Origin: an uncultured Candidatus Peribacteria bacterium
Lineage (GTDB): Bacteria; Patescibacteriota; Gracilibacteria; Absconditabacterales; Absconditicoccaceae
Assembly (NCBI GenBank): GCA_964495825.1
Contig: CAZBWI010000041.1
Location: 1-49,339, forward strand
DNA: 49,339 nt
Direction: 5' to 3'
Made by a program: the position numbers and the translations under genes. This document shows positions 32,642 through 43,176 of the stretch, one piece after another. Position 1 is the stretch's first letter. Every line of letters begins with the position of its first letter. Below the pieces are notes generated by a model. That model made no database searches, had not been told where the DNA came from, and saw only the letters and a program-made list of their open reading frames with translations.

Positions 32642-35143
32642 TTATGATGTAATTTCTTCTACCTTATATTTGAATTTTTTCTGATTTTGTGTGTCAGTCG
32701 TCTGAGTGATTTTATATTTTTTATTTCCGATCGTTGTTTCATAGGATCAACCTGTACCTGCTGTAGTGAAGTATGTTTCTATATGTGTTTTATTATCATT
32801 ACTAGCATCATTAAAGTAGTTCGTAAGGTCTTCTTTGTTAGTAATGTTTTTCTGTGTTATATCGGTGTCTATAGCTTTTTTTGCATTCTCTAATGTTTCT
32901 GCTTTTTTAAGATCGGTATACCATGAAGCTCCTGTAAGTCCAAATACCGGTGCAACATTTGCAGCAGCGTTCATTCTTTGAGGTTCTTCAAGTTGTTGGA
33001 TAGCTTTATACATAACCTCTAGATTTGCTTTCGTTCACGCATCCGAGAATGTTGTAGGAGCACTTATGCCTGCTGTTTTGTATGCTTCTTCGGCAGTAAC
33101 TTGCGGAGTTGATCATGTTCACACTGCATTCAATATATTTTTTGCTTGTTCGTCAGTAAATTCAGGTGGTGTAGGTGATTTTTTGAATATCGCTTCGACT
33201 TTTCCGAGTTGTTCTGTTTCTCTTTCTCTTACTCGTTCAGCAGGACGATTTTGAAGTACTGTCCTAGCAGGACCGATACCGACTTTTTCTCATCATTCTC
33301 AGAATGGTAAAATCGGTAAGGTTTGGAAGACGTTTGATCCAAATTCCTGGATATTTTTTTGGATGAAGTCACCGAGTGCATTCGCCTTGATAGCCGCAAA
33401 GAGGATAGTCCGTATGAGTCCTATAGCGAAGAAATTTACGACAAGCCGTGAAAATCGATCCAAGGTGCCTCATCGATCAAAATCCTTAAATTCAAGTTCA
33501 GAAGATCCAGCTACTCTAAATGCTGTATTTCCTGTTTGTATTGGTTTGATAGGTTCTATTTGGAAACTCTTTGCTACTTGTTCTGAAATACCTGAATTGT
33601 TATCTCATTTGAATCCATTGATGAGTGCAGTCATGAAGATCAATGAGATACTGAGTGCTGCTACGGTGACTACCGGAGCGAAAATAAGTTTGATAACATT
33701 GCCTATTTCTAGATGTTTACTCATATTCCCCAACGCTTTTTCTGGAATAAGTTTATCAAATACCTTTTTGAGGACCAAGAACGGTGATGCTGCGATATAC
33801 AGCCAGAGTAATCCGATTCTCGCTATTAGTACGATAGCAAGTGCGATCAATGGGAAAAAGAGCGCGATAGCGAGTCAGGTCTTAATGAGAAAGATTCCCG
33901 ATGTTTCGCCGAGGGTTGAGACGTTTGTGTCTGTGAGCTGTGCGAAATTGAGCAAAGAAGAATACATAGTTACCAGCGGACCAACAAATCCTTTGGATTT
34001 GTCGATAAGCTGTGAAATAGTGGTCGAAGTGGTTTGGTCAAAAAACATGCTTCCCGTAGAGAGTCCACCTGTTCCATTTTTGAGATTGACTAACAATCAT
34101 GTTACCCATCATTGCGTGTCCCATCAGCTATAATTGAGCAATGTATCTATCATGCTCTTATATCAAGCATTTGTTTTCCAATCAGGAGTTTGCCAGCCAG
34201 TAATGGAAGATCAAATATGCTGATCTATAGCATTCATAAAATCATCTTCTCTCCACATCACTAACTGATTGCCAAAGAGTACGCAGACCTCATATCACTT
34301 GTATACAGAATCATTGGAAAATTTTTCAATATTTCTAAAATCTGGTTCACCAAATTCTCTTCCGATAATGAATGATTTTTTAACAAGACATGGGGACATT
34401 TTGATTACTTGTCCACCGTAATTGGTAGAATACCGGACTTTAAAAGAAGTATTGTCTTTGTTGAGAACATCGAATTTATTTAAATCTATCTGGCTATTCA
34501 CCGACAGTATTTTTTGATTGCCGATATCAGTATTTTTGAGAACTGTAAGGGGAAGTCCACCAATAGCATATGTTGCTATCGTAGATATATCCACGAGCGC
34601 TGCCATCAGGAATCGGCTGGCTTGGATAAGTACTCCTGCGATCAATGTTTTTTTGATAGTATTGAGGGGTGAACCTTCCTCCTTGAGAGATCATTCTCCT
34701 CAGCCTGTCAAGAGACTTTTTATGATAGCATAGAGCACCATAAATCATAATGTGAAATTTGCAAAGTTCTTCATCATATTTCGAAATTTCCGCAACGGTG
34801 CATCCATATGAAAAATAGATGCATACACAAGCGTATTGTCCAATGAGATTCCTGCAATCACCAATAATGGTCGAAGCAGGATATAGATGAGTTTGAGAAT
34901 CAGATTGAGAATCTCCCACAATCCCATTGTGGTGATGTTATTTTCTGTGTTAGTATCGGTGCCATTATTTTGTGCAGGAGTATTCTCTGATATAGCCCAT
35001 GGTCATGATACTCATTGATTATTCACAACTTGTGCATGTACTTCATTGACGCCAACGTATCCATTAAAAAAAATGCTTGAGCATCACATGATCAGAATGA
35101 TTCAGAGTATTTTTTTCGCAAGGCGAGATCCAAATAGTTTCAT
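32642..35143 (-). CDS. large polytopic membrane protein A (833 aa), paralog of protein B
   Basis: Five track ORFs (32747..33013, 33605..33850, 33875..34096, 34295..34645, 34745..34927) lie in one frame, and every gap was scanned. Shares the blocks LVY.SI.HMD..L-CGG-K.-CGR-N.MKNFANF and L.AG.LIQAS-CGA-FL..ALVD.STIAT.AIG with protein B. Confidence 0.8.
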
Positions 35144-35327
35144 AAATATTGGATGATAGAGAATAAATTGTCTTAAATACGAGGTGATTTTATACTCTAT
35201 GAGAAAGTATATTCCTAAATACCTCAAACACCAAATAAAGGAGTTGTTTTTCGCCTACTTACCTTGCAATTTTTGTAAAATTGTATATAAGATGTGTTCT
35301 AAACGAGAAAATATTTATTTCACACAG

Positions 35328-35936
35328 ATGTTTATGTTGTTTTTGAATATTTCCAGCGATTATGTGCAAATTCTTGATGGTCAAGACGAACAATTCCTTG
35401 CACGCAATAGTATAGAGCATACACTCTGACCGACGATTTTGGAGTATACCAAAGCTCATCCGGTCGAAATGATATTTTTGCTCAACGGACCGGGAGGATT
35501 TACTAATCTTAGAGTGGGAACACTAACACTCAATATGCTCAATCACCTTATTCAGCACGACACTGGTACCTTTATCCCATTGGCTTCTATCACGAAGCTC
35601 AATCTCTATGGATTCGCTTATGAGCAGTGATGGCTACCAAGATATGGTATCATCTATATCGGTCAGAAACATAATGTCTGGAAATATGATTTCCAACAAA
35701 AGCAAAAAGAACAGATCACGATTGAAGATATTCAATATTCTGAAGAAATATTTCTCGATTTTGTTCATGATCATTATTGGGCGAATGATGAACATATGAT
35801 TTCCTTTTCGATGGAGGATAATGCACCATATCTTCGTTATAGATGAGAATCCTACAAGATAGAACTCATGAATCTTCGTCTTCCATTGACGATGACCGTA
35901 GAACCGCAGTATCTGATAGAACCTACGATGAACTAA
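35328..35936 (+). CDS. tsaB: tRNA t6A biosynthesis protein TsaB
   Basis: 202 aa. MFMLFLNISSDYVQIL.., LLNGPGGFTNLRVGTLTLNML. Track ORFs 35184..35429 and 35439..35630 are joined. The internal ATG at 35328 fits the family N-terminus. Confidence 0.75.
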
Positions 35937-35940
35937 CAAA

Positions 35941-36075
35941 CCCACCCCATACCTCGGCCTCATTCCCGTGCCAAGGTTTGGAAGAGGGAATCGATACTAA
36001 AAGGTATTTAGATTATATAGCCATTGATTCCGGCTGCAATACTTAACGCCGGAATGACGCTAAAACGGGGGTGAA
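35941..36075. ncRNA. GC-rich structured intergenic element (candidate ncRNA or leader)
   Basis: Visibly G+C-richer than its flanks. Nested stems: cacccc(35943-35948)/ggggtg(36067-36072), attccc(35962-35967)/gggaat(35986-35991), atac/gtat (35995-36007), tccggc(36029-36034)/gccgga(36048-36053). Confidence 0.25.
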
Positions 36076-36102
36076 TTATTTTATTGTTTCAATTACAAAA
36101 TC

Positions 36103-36516
36103 ATGCAGCAAAATCACCGTAAAACCAAGTCAATATTGGGCATCGACCGATGAACGAAATATATCTGACTTGCCTACGCCTTGCCCGGCAGTGAAGTAAT
36201 TTTCCCTATTTGATATATCCTCAATGATAAGATGATGTATTTCAATATCGCATGAATTATCGAGAAACACAATATCGGAAAAATTATGCTCGGCCGACCT
36301 GCGAAGCAGAAGGATATCCAGGAGAAGATCACTGCGTTTATGAAGAGCCTGAATTATATCATAGAAAATAGGGAAATAGAAATTCAGCTCGTCGAGGAGG
36401 ATTACACGTCCGTCCAGTCCGGCGAAATCGTTTCCAATTTCAAAAAAAACGCCGCCACAGATACGGTGAGCGCGATGCTGATCTTAGAGAGAGGATTAAA
36501 AACACTGAAGAACTAA
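36103..36516 (+). CDS. ruvX: Holliday junction resolvase-like nuclease RuvX (YqgF)
   Basis: 137 aa. ILGID-CGA-G-TKYIGLAYA, IGKIMLG-CGA-PAKQKD, LVEEDYTSVQS. Confidence 0.82.
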
Positions 36517-36597
36517 CAGTGAAAAAATTAATACTATAAACAAATAGTTCTCAATAATTATTAGTTCTTTTCATAAGTTGTTAGTTGTTATGTGAAA

Positions 36598-37320
36598 TTA
36601 ATCTATGTGCAATAATGTTATTTCACCATTTCATTTTTTCATCAACAATTTTTTTTGTAAGAAAAATGTATTGTAATTCTGTCCTTGTTCCAGATCTATC
36701 GGTAATTGGAATAGGAAGAGGATATGTTGTTTTTTTAAGTAGTGAAGTAATTTTTTTACCTCATCGTTCATTATCAAAAAATCTGAAAAGATAACTATTG
36801 CACGCTTATTTTTTTCTTTCACTGCTTGTTCCAAAAAATTCTGTAAACAACTCTGATACAACTTTTTCGTTGTTTTCACTCATGCTAAAATATCGTGCAG
36901 GGTCGTGATGACTTCACGACTATATTTCTTCATATCTTTTTCCTGTAATTTCGCCGTTCACCAAAAATTCGTCCTCGGTCGAAAGAATCTGATGTTGATT
37001 TGTTGGTGTTGACAGTAAGAGACGATATCTTCGGTATAGGCGAGTACTTGCTTCCGATTTGGATATTCTCCACCTCTCCAATTGTAGTTAATATCCAAAA
37101 GAAGATCCAGGGTGAGCGATTTTTCCTGTTGGAAAATATTTGTATAGAGCTGTTGATATTTTGCAGAAAGCTTTCGATTGATGTAGGATGAACTATCGCC
37201 GGAGGAATATTTTCTCATATCGACTTTTTCCGTGCCTGATCATTTCATGATACTCTGAAATGCACCAAATCGTTTTCCAACGATCGGTTTGGTGAGTTTG
37301 ATACTAAATCTTTTTTTCAT
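36598..37320 (-). CDS. DUF58 family protein
   Basis: 240 aa. MK-G-SGTEKVDMRKYSSGDSSSYIN-CGA-KLSAK matches the DUF58 signature (R.Y..GD....I.WK.SA). Frame scanned. Confidence 0.8.
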
Positions 37321-37434
37321 ATATGATGACTAAACGACTAAATGATTCATGATACATGATGGTATGATGCATGAACTGCATAGCCATATAATTATATAGT
37401 TCTTCAATCTTTCTTGAATCTTGAATTTTGCATG
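37321..37434. repeat. compound short-word palindromic element (DUF58-murE spacer)
   Basis: atgatgactaaacgactaaATGATTCATGATACATGATGGTATGATGCATGaac..catataattatatag..caatctttCTTGAATCTTGAATtttgcatgc. gattcatgat pairs with atcttgaatc (9 of 10 positions). Confidence 0.6.
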
Positions 37435-38751
37435 CTAAGTATGTAGGTTTTTGAGTATCTCCTCTTTGTCGCTCCGCGGTCTCTTGCCAAAGTTGGTCAG
37501 TTGTATGGACTCATGCCCTTTCCCGGCGAACATGACGACGTCGCCTGGTTGCGCTAGTTCACATGCAAATTTGATTGCTAATGACCTTTCCGGTATAATA
37601 AAAAGATTTTTTCCTAGTTGTTTATTTTTGATGTTCATCGTCAATTGTTCGAGGATTTCCAATCTATTTTCGGTATCGGGATCATCGTCAGTGGCAATCA
37701 GAATATCGCTGTAGGTATCTGCAATTTCTCCCATAATGGGTCTTTTCGTCTTATCTCTGTTTCCTGGTGCTCAGAAAAGCGTAATCAATCTTCCTGATCA
37801 TTTTATCTTGTTGAGGTAATCCAATGTTTTTTCCAATGCATCCGGTGAATGTGCGAAATCAACAAAATAATAAGTTCACTTATTTTCGATACGTTCCATT
37901 CTTCACGTAACGATATCAAATTGTGCTATAGAGGTAAGTATATTATCCATAGGAACTCCTATTTGGACGACAACGCTGATAGCAGCAAGGATGTTGTAGA
38001 CATTAAATTCACCGACAAGTTTCGTTGTTACCTCATATGATTTGCCCAGATAGGTGAAAGAAAACGTTGTTCATACAGGAGAAATTTTTATGTTTTCTGC
38101 TTTGAGATTGGAAGAAGCTACAATGCTATAATTCAGCTTCTTATCAAATGGCATATCTTCATACCATTGTCTTCCTACTTTATCATCTGCAGGGAATGAG
38201 GCATATTTGTTTTGTTTTTTGTTCTCAAGGACATATCTAAAAAGCTTTTCTTTTGCTTTGATATAACGTTCCATAGTCCCATGAAAATCCAAGTGATCAT
38301 GAGTGATGTTGGTGAGTACTGCAAAATCAAAATCTACTCATTCAAATCTATATTGATTTAATCCATGTGATGATGCTTCGAGGACGGCTATTTTACACCC
38401 AGAATCTTTTGCTGTTGCCAATATCGATTGGAGATCATAAACATCCAGTGATGTCATTTTTTTCTTATTTTCCAGATTTTGATTACCAATCTTGATATTC
38501 GCTGTACTGACCATTACGGTTTTTGCAACATGATCATTTAATATTTTGTGAATGAGATTTACTGTTGTTGTCTTTCCGTTCGTTCCCGTGACTCCGATAA
38601 CGAAGAAATTTCTGGAAGGGTAGCCATAGAGTGTATTCGCTATCTGTCCATTCAATTTTTTCCGTAATTGGTAGATGACACTGTCTTTGAGGAGAAAATA
38701 CAGTTTATCATAGAAGGTAATTTTTTTAATGAGAGATTTTAACATACGCAT
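37435..38751 (-). CDS. murE: UDP-N-acetylmuramoyl-tripeptide synthetase MurE
   Basis: 438 aa. [71 protein letters not shown]. Three track ORFs are joined and the frame was scanned. The start was moved to the Met at 38751 because rsmE ends at 38819. Confidence 0.88.
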
Positions 38752-38818
38752 TGATGATAAGGGGTAAATGCTAAGTGAATGTACATATATCGTTATATAA
38801 TTATAATACTTTCTAAAC

Positions 38819-39523
38819 CTAGAGCTTACAATCATTTTTTAGAAGTCGGGCTCAGATGATAGCAGCGGTTTCCATCCTCAATACTGTTTTTCCGAGTTGC
38901 ATCGTGATTGGTGCATATTTCTCGATATATGTGAGATCTCTTGAGGTGAAACCACCTTCAGGACCTATCATTCCATAGATTTTATCGGATTTCGGGAATG
39001 TTTTTGCGTCTCATCATTTATCAAAGATGACAAGCTGATGTTTGCTGGTGATGTCATTGAGATCTTTGGTAAAGAAAAGTTCCGGGATATTTCGTCATCG
39101 TGATTGTTCGACAGCTTCTTTGATGATTTTTTGTATCCTTTCTGCTTTTTTTTCGTTCCATTCCTTGATGATCGATCTTTCTGATGGTCGGAAGATGATC
39201 TGATCGATACCACATTCGGTGAGTTTTTGAGATATCAATTCAACCTTATCCCACTTATTGGGCATAGCAATAATCATACCTTTTATCTGGGGAGTTGATT
39301 CATGTTCCTGTTCTTCGATGATAGTACCATCCAGAGTGGTATTGTCCCATGTTTCTATACGGAGCTTGTATCTCATTTTTCTTTTTTCTTTTGCAGGACT
39401 CTGTATCCAGATCGTATCACCTATGCTTGCTCTGAGTACTTTTCTAAGCTGTGACAAAAGATCGATGTTCTCCACCTTCACTATATGGTCTTTTTTCCTA
39501 TACTCAGTCACAAAGAGTTGCAT
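38819..39523 (-). CDS. rsmE: 16S rRNA (uracil1498-N3)-methyltransferase RsmE
   Basis: 234 aa. MQLFVTE.. start, SERSI, EAVEQS.., IGPEGGFTSRDL, LGKTVLRMETAAI. Track ORF 39095..39580 continues through TGA to TAG 38819-38821. Confidence 0.85.
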
Positions 39524-39607
39524 AAGATGCTCTAGAGAGTAAATACCATAAATTTTTAGCATTTTGGCATAGTAATTCAATACGACTTATGAATAGGGGA
39601 AGAAGAG

Positions 39608-40210
39608 GTGAAATACTTATGTATCTCACTCATCTTTTTTGGAATTGCATTTTGGTTTATTTTCCCTACATACTATAATACTTTACTAGCTTTATTTCGA
39701 GTACATATTTTTGAGATGATAATGTATGCGATTCATGGTCTTCAAACACTTATCGCAAAAGGATTCCAAATGTATCCGATTATTTTGGTGATCATCGTCG
39801 GCTGTATTATTCAGATTACCAAAGTGATTATCGATATCATCAGATACAAGCGTATTTATACTGGTCATATCTTCGCTTCTGGCGGATTTCCGTCGTTCCA
39901 TAGTGGATTAGCGAGCAGTGTAACTATGCTGGTCCGGCTACAATACGGTTTCGATAGCGTATTATTCGCGGTAGCGTTTGCATTCAGTGTACTTTTTGCT
40001 TACGACGCTATGAATCTAAGATACGAGACCTGACAGCATGCACATTATATCAATGATTTGAGATCAGAATTGGAGACTATCCTCCAAAAAAAAGGGAAAA
40101 CACCACTCAAGGAAAGAATAGGTCATACGCCATTAGAAGTCGCATGAGGAATTGTTTTTTGATCTGTGCTGACATATGTACTATATTATATGTTCTTTAT
40201 TGTACAATAA
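39608..40210 (+). CDS. divergent PAP2 family (DUF212) membrane protein
   Basis: About 200 aa. ASGGFPSFHSGLASS, FAYDAMNLRYET-G-QHAHYIN, LKERIGHTPLEVA-G-G. GTG start at 39608; the start is uncertain. Confidence 0.78.
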
Positions 40211-40313
40211 ACTTCGTAATATGCTGAGCATAATTCACGTGTAGCGTAATTAGTAATTACCATAAATTACAGGCTGAATTTAAATAGATATAGATAATAT
40301 CTTATTACGAAGT
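40211..40313. repeat. inverted-repeat-bounded AT-rich element
   Basis: acttcgtaat (40211-40220) and attacgaagt (40304-40313) flank about 80 bp that contains gtaatta word repeats and the palindrome atgctgagcat. Confidence 0.5.
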
Positions 40314-40402
40314 GATATATTATGATATGATATGAAATGAAAATAATTCGTAAAAATATCTAATCTGTCATATAGCACATCAATTTATAGTATTCTACTC
40401 AG

Positions 40403-41245
40403 ATGATAAAATTTGTCGTTCCGAAGCCAGTCAAAAAAATCAAAAGAAAATATACCCCTATCGAATCAGATAAAAAAAACATACGTCCCTGATTTCGCTT
40501 TTTTTCTATAAAGATTGTATGGATTGTTTTTATTATATTTGCAGGTATCTACTGATGATTCCTTTTGTTGAAACATACTATCTTTGATCATCAGTATACG
40601 ATAAAAAGAGTGCTCTATGATTCGTGAGATGTTGCTTGGTATGATGAGCCATATATGTATAGACGTATTACTGATTGGATCAGAGGCGAGAACTACTATG
40701 TTGTGAAATGGTATACTTCCAGGATACTCAAAGATATCCAATCCAAATATCCCATAATCACGGATATCGGTATAGATTACCGTTCTACCAATACGGTTTT
40801 CGTGAAATTAACCTTTAACCCTATAGATATGGTGATTAGAAATCAAGAGATGAGATGGGCATTGGTTGGTAATGTATTGTTACCGTTGTATTCTGGGAAT
40901 AAGATAGCCGACGGTATCAAAATCTTGGATATGCCTGAATATCTGAGCGGTATGAATGTGTTGTCTGGTATATTCTTCAAAATTCCTGCAGAGCAACTGA
41001 CGATGCAGATAGAACTTCTATATCAATGATTTCCATGACTTCACCATATAGAATATCTTCCGTGATGAGAAAGATCTATCATTTATCTCGATGGTAAAAA
41101 ATACTATATCAACAATCTCGGAGATATTCCAAATCAGATCAGGAATTATCAATTACTCAAAAAATATTATAAAGATTTTAATTCGCTGTATGAGATCGAC
41201 TTGGGAAGCTTGGAAAAAGACAAGGTGATTGTACGTAAATTCTAA
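40403..41245 (+). CDS. FtsQ/DivIB-like cell division protein
   Basis: 280 aa. Basic N-terminus, one TM (IVWIVFIIFAGIY-GG-FLLL), then a POTRA-like region (..YPIITDIGIDYRSTNTVFVKLTF..). Track ORF 40655..41029 extends both ways. Lies near murE. Confidence 0.5.
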
Positions 41246-41250
41246 ATACC

Positions 41251-41320
41251 ATTAGATTCAAGATACAGGATGTAAGAACTATTTAGTTACATTGTTCATA
41301 TATCATGTATCTTGTATTAT
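41251..41320. repeat. short-word palindromic element, probable terminator after the ftsQ-like gene
   Basis: GATTCAAGATACAGGATGtaagaac..gttacat..CATGTATCTTG. The word is nearly identical to GATTCATGATACATGATG at 37347. Confidence 0.55.
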
Positions 41321-41371
41321 ATATCAAATATCGTTTCATCACTTCGGCGTTTTATCATTTAGCCATGACAT

Positions 41372-41839
41372 ATGCAGGAAAAATTTATGAGAGAAGCTAT
41401 TAAACTATCGCTCGAAAATATGCAGAAAAATGCTGGTTGACCATTTGGTGCAGTTATCGTCAAAGACGGAAATATTGTAGGAAGATGATGGAATCAGGTG
41501 ACATCAACAAACGATCCGACTGCGCATGCAGAAGTGGTCGCTATCCGTGACGCCTCCAAGAATCTCTGAACATTCGATTTGTTAGGTTGTGAAATCTATA
41601 CGTCGTGCGAGCCATGTCCGATGTGCTACGGTGCGATTTCACGGGCGAGGATAGGTAAGATGTACTACGGGAATACGAAATATGATGCAGCAGCTATAGG
41701 ATTCGACGATAGCGCATTTCGAGATGATGTCAAAAAGGAGCTTACCCAGAGAAGCATTCCTGTCCAGCAATTGCTTCACGATGAGGCTTTGGAAGTATTC
41801 AAAGCATGGACAGCAAAACAAGATAAGATAGAATATTAA
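41372..41839 (+). CDS. guaD: guanine deaminase (CDA-fold, B. subtilis GuaD-type)
   Basis: 155 aa. [79 protein letters not shown]. Confidence 0.85.
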
Positions 41840-41861
41840 TTTACTCATTATATCACTTATC

Positions 41862-43052
41862 ATGACAAAAAAGGATTTCCCTATCTTCAAAAACAACCCC
41901 GGACTGATATTTCTCGACAATGCTGCTTCGACACAGAAACCACAATACGTCATCGATGGTGTCTCAGATTTTGTTGCTCATGAGTATGCGAATATCCATC
42001 GCGGGTTGTATCCATTGTCTGAAAAATCCGAAGAGGCATATTATCATTCCAAAGAGCTCGTAGGAGAATTGATCAACTGCAAAGCTAGCGAAATCATTTA
42101 TAGCTACAATTCCACCTATGGAATAAATTTGATCGCTCAATCACTCGTTATTTCAGATATTTTAACAACTGGAGATGTAGTTTTGCTTTGAATTCGAGAA
42201 CATCATGCAAACATTCTTCCGCGACAGATTTTGGCGCAGAGAAAATGATTTACCATAGAATTTTTTAATATCGATGAAGAGTATGATATTGATTGGGATG
42301 ATTTCGATAAAAAATACACCGACAAGGTCAAAGTCGTTTCCGTTGCTCATGTCTCCAATGTTACCGGAAAAATCTATGACGTGAAAAAAATAAAATCTAA
42401 ATTGCGTGATGATACCTTTTTCTTGGTGGATGGATCTCAATCGGTACCAAATTTCCCTGTTGATGTCAAGGATATCTGATGTGATTGCTTGGTATTTACT
42501 GGGCATAAAGTGATGGCGTATACGGGAATTTGAGTCGTTTATCTCAAAAAAGAATGGATAAAGAAATTAGTTCCGATGATCCGTGGATGATGAACAATAG
42601 AAGATGTAGATGTTGCATGACATACCTTAGCGACCAATTCCGATAAATTCGAGGCGGGGACCCCAAACATTATTGGTGCAGTTTCACTGGCAAAAGCGAT
42701 TGAATATATCATGTCTATAGGTTGAATGCAAAAAATCCGAGAACATGAACAGAAATTAGTGAAATTATGTCTGGAAGGATTTGAAAAATATAAAGATAAA
42801 GTGGAAATTCTCTGACCACTAAATACTGATAGAGTAGCAGTATTTTCTTTTATACTTCCCAGCAATACAAACTTCAATAATATCGGCGAGAAATTTGCAG
42901 AACACAATATTGCCGTTCGTTGCGGAGGACATTGTGCGTATCCGATTCACAAACGTTTTCAGAAACCAGGGACCTGTAGAGTGAGTGGCTATCTTTACAA
43001 TGACGAGCAGGATATAGCTCGTTTCTTTGAGATTTTAGGTCAAATCATATAA
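41862..43052 (+). CDS. sufS: cysteine desulfurase (SufS/class V aminotransferase)
   Basis: 396 aa. LDNAASTQKP, EHHANILP-CGA-Q, TGHKVMAYTGI-G-VVYL, VRCGGHCAYP. TAA at 43050-43052. Confidence 0.9.
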
Positions 43053-43077
43053 TTATATCATATAACAAAATTGTCAA

Positions 43078-43108
43078 GCTCTACTATTAATGGTAGAGGG
43101 CTTTTTTT
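43078..43108 (+). terminator. rho-independent terminator after sufS
   Basis: ctctac(43079-43084)/gtagag(43093-43098), followed by a T-run at 43102-43108. Confidence 0.65.
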
Positions 43109-43176
43109 GTAAAACGACATGTTTCTAGGTATACTATTACTGTAGTTTATAATCTTTAGATATTAGACCAGATATC

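Noticed and set aside
35941-36075. tRNA (possibly the recoding tRNA) in the GC-rich spacer.
   Set aside because: There is no 7-bp acceptor stem, no T-loop (GTTCRA) or D-loop consensus, and the hairpin loops are the wrong size for an anticodon arm on either strand.
38752-38835. Longer murE start (track 38835). A similar case is the longer tsaB start at 35184.
   Set aside because: The murE extension overlaps the 3' end of rsmE (stop at 38819) and is not MurE-like. The tsaB extension precedes the family-typical N-terminus and lies in promoter sequence.
39092-39100. Possible counter-example to CGA=Trp: rsmE reads EQS-CGA-TGA-CGA-NIPE, whereas E. coli and B. subtilis RsmE have EQCGRNRVP and EQSYRNEVP with a conserved Arg.
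   Set aside because: The alignment is ambiguous by one position: the first CGA can align with the aromatic Tyr of B. subtilis. It is one unclear site against more than 20 unambiguous Trp sites. I kept it as a site worth checking, not as evidence against the reassignment.
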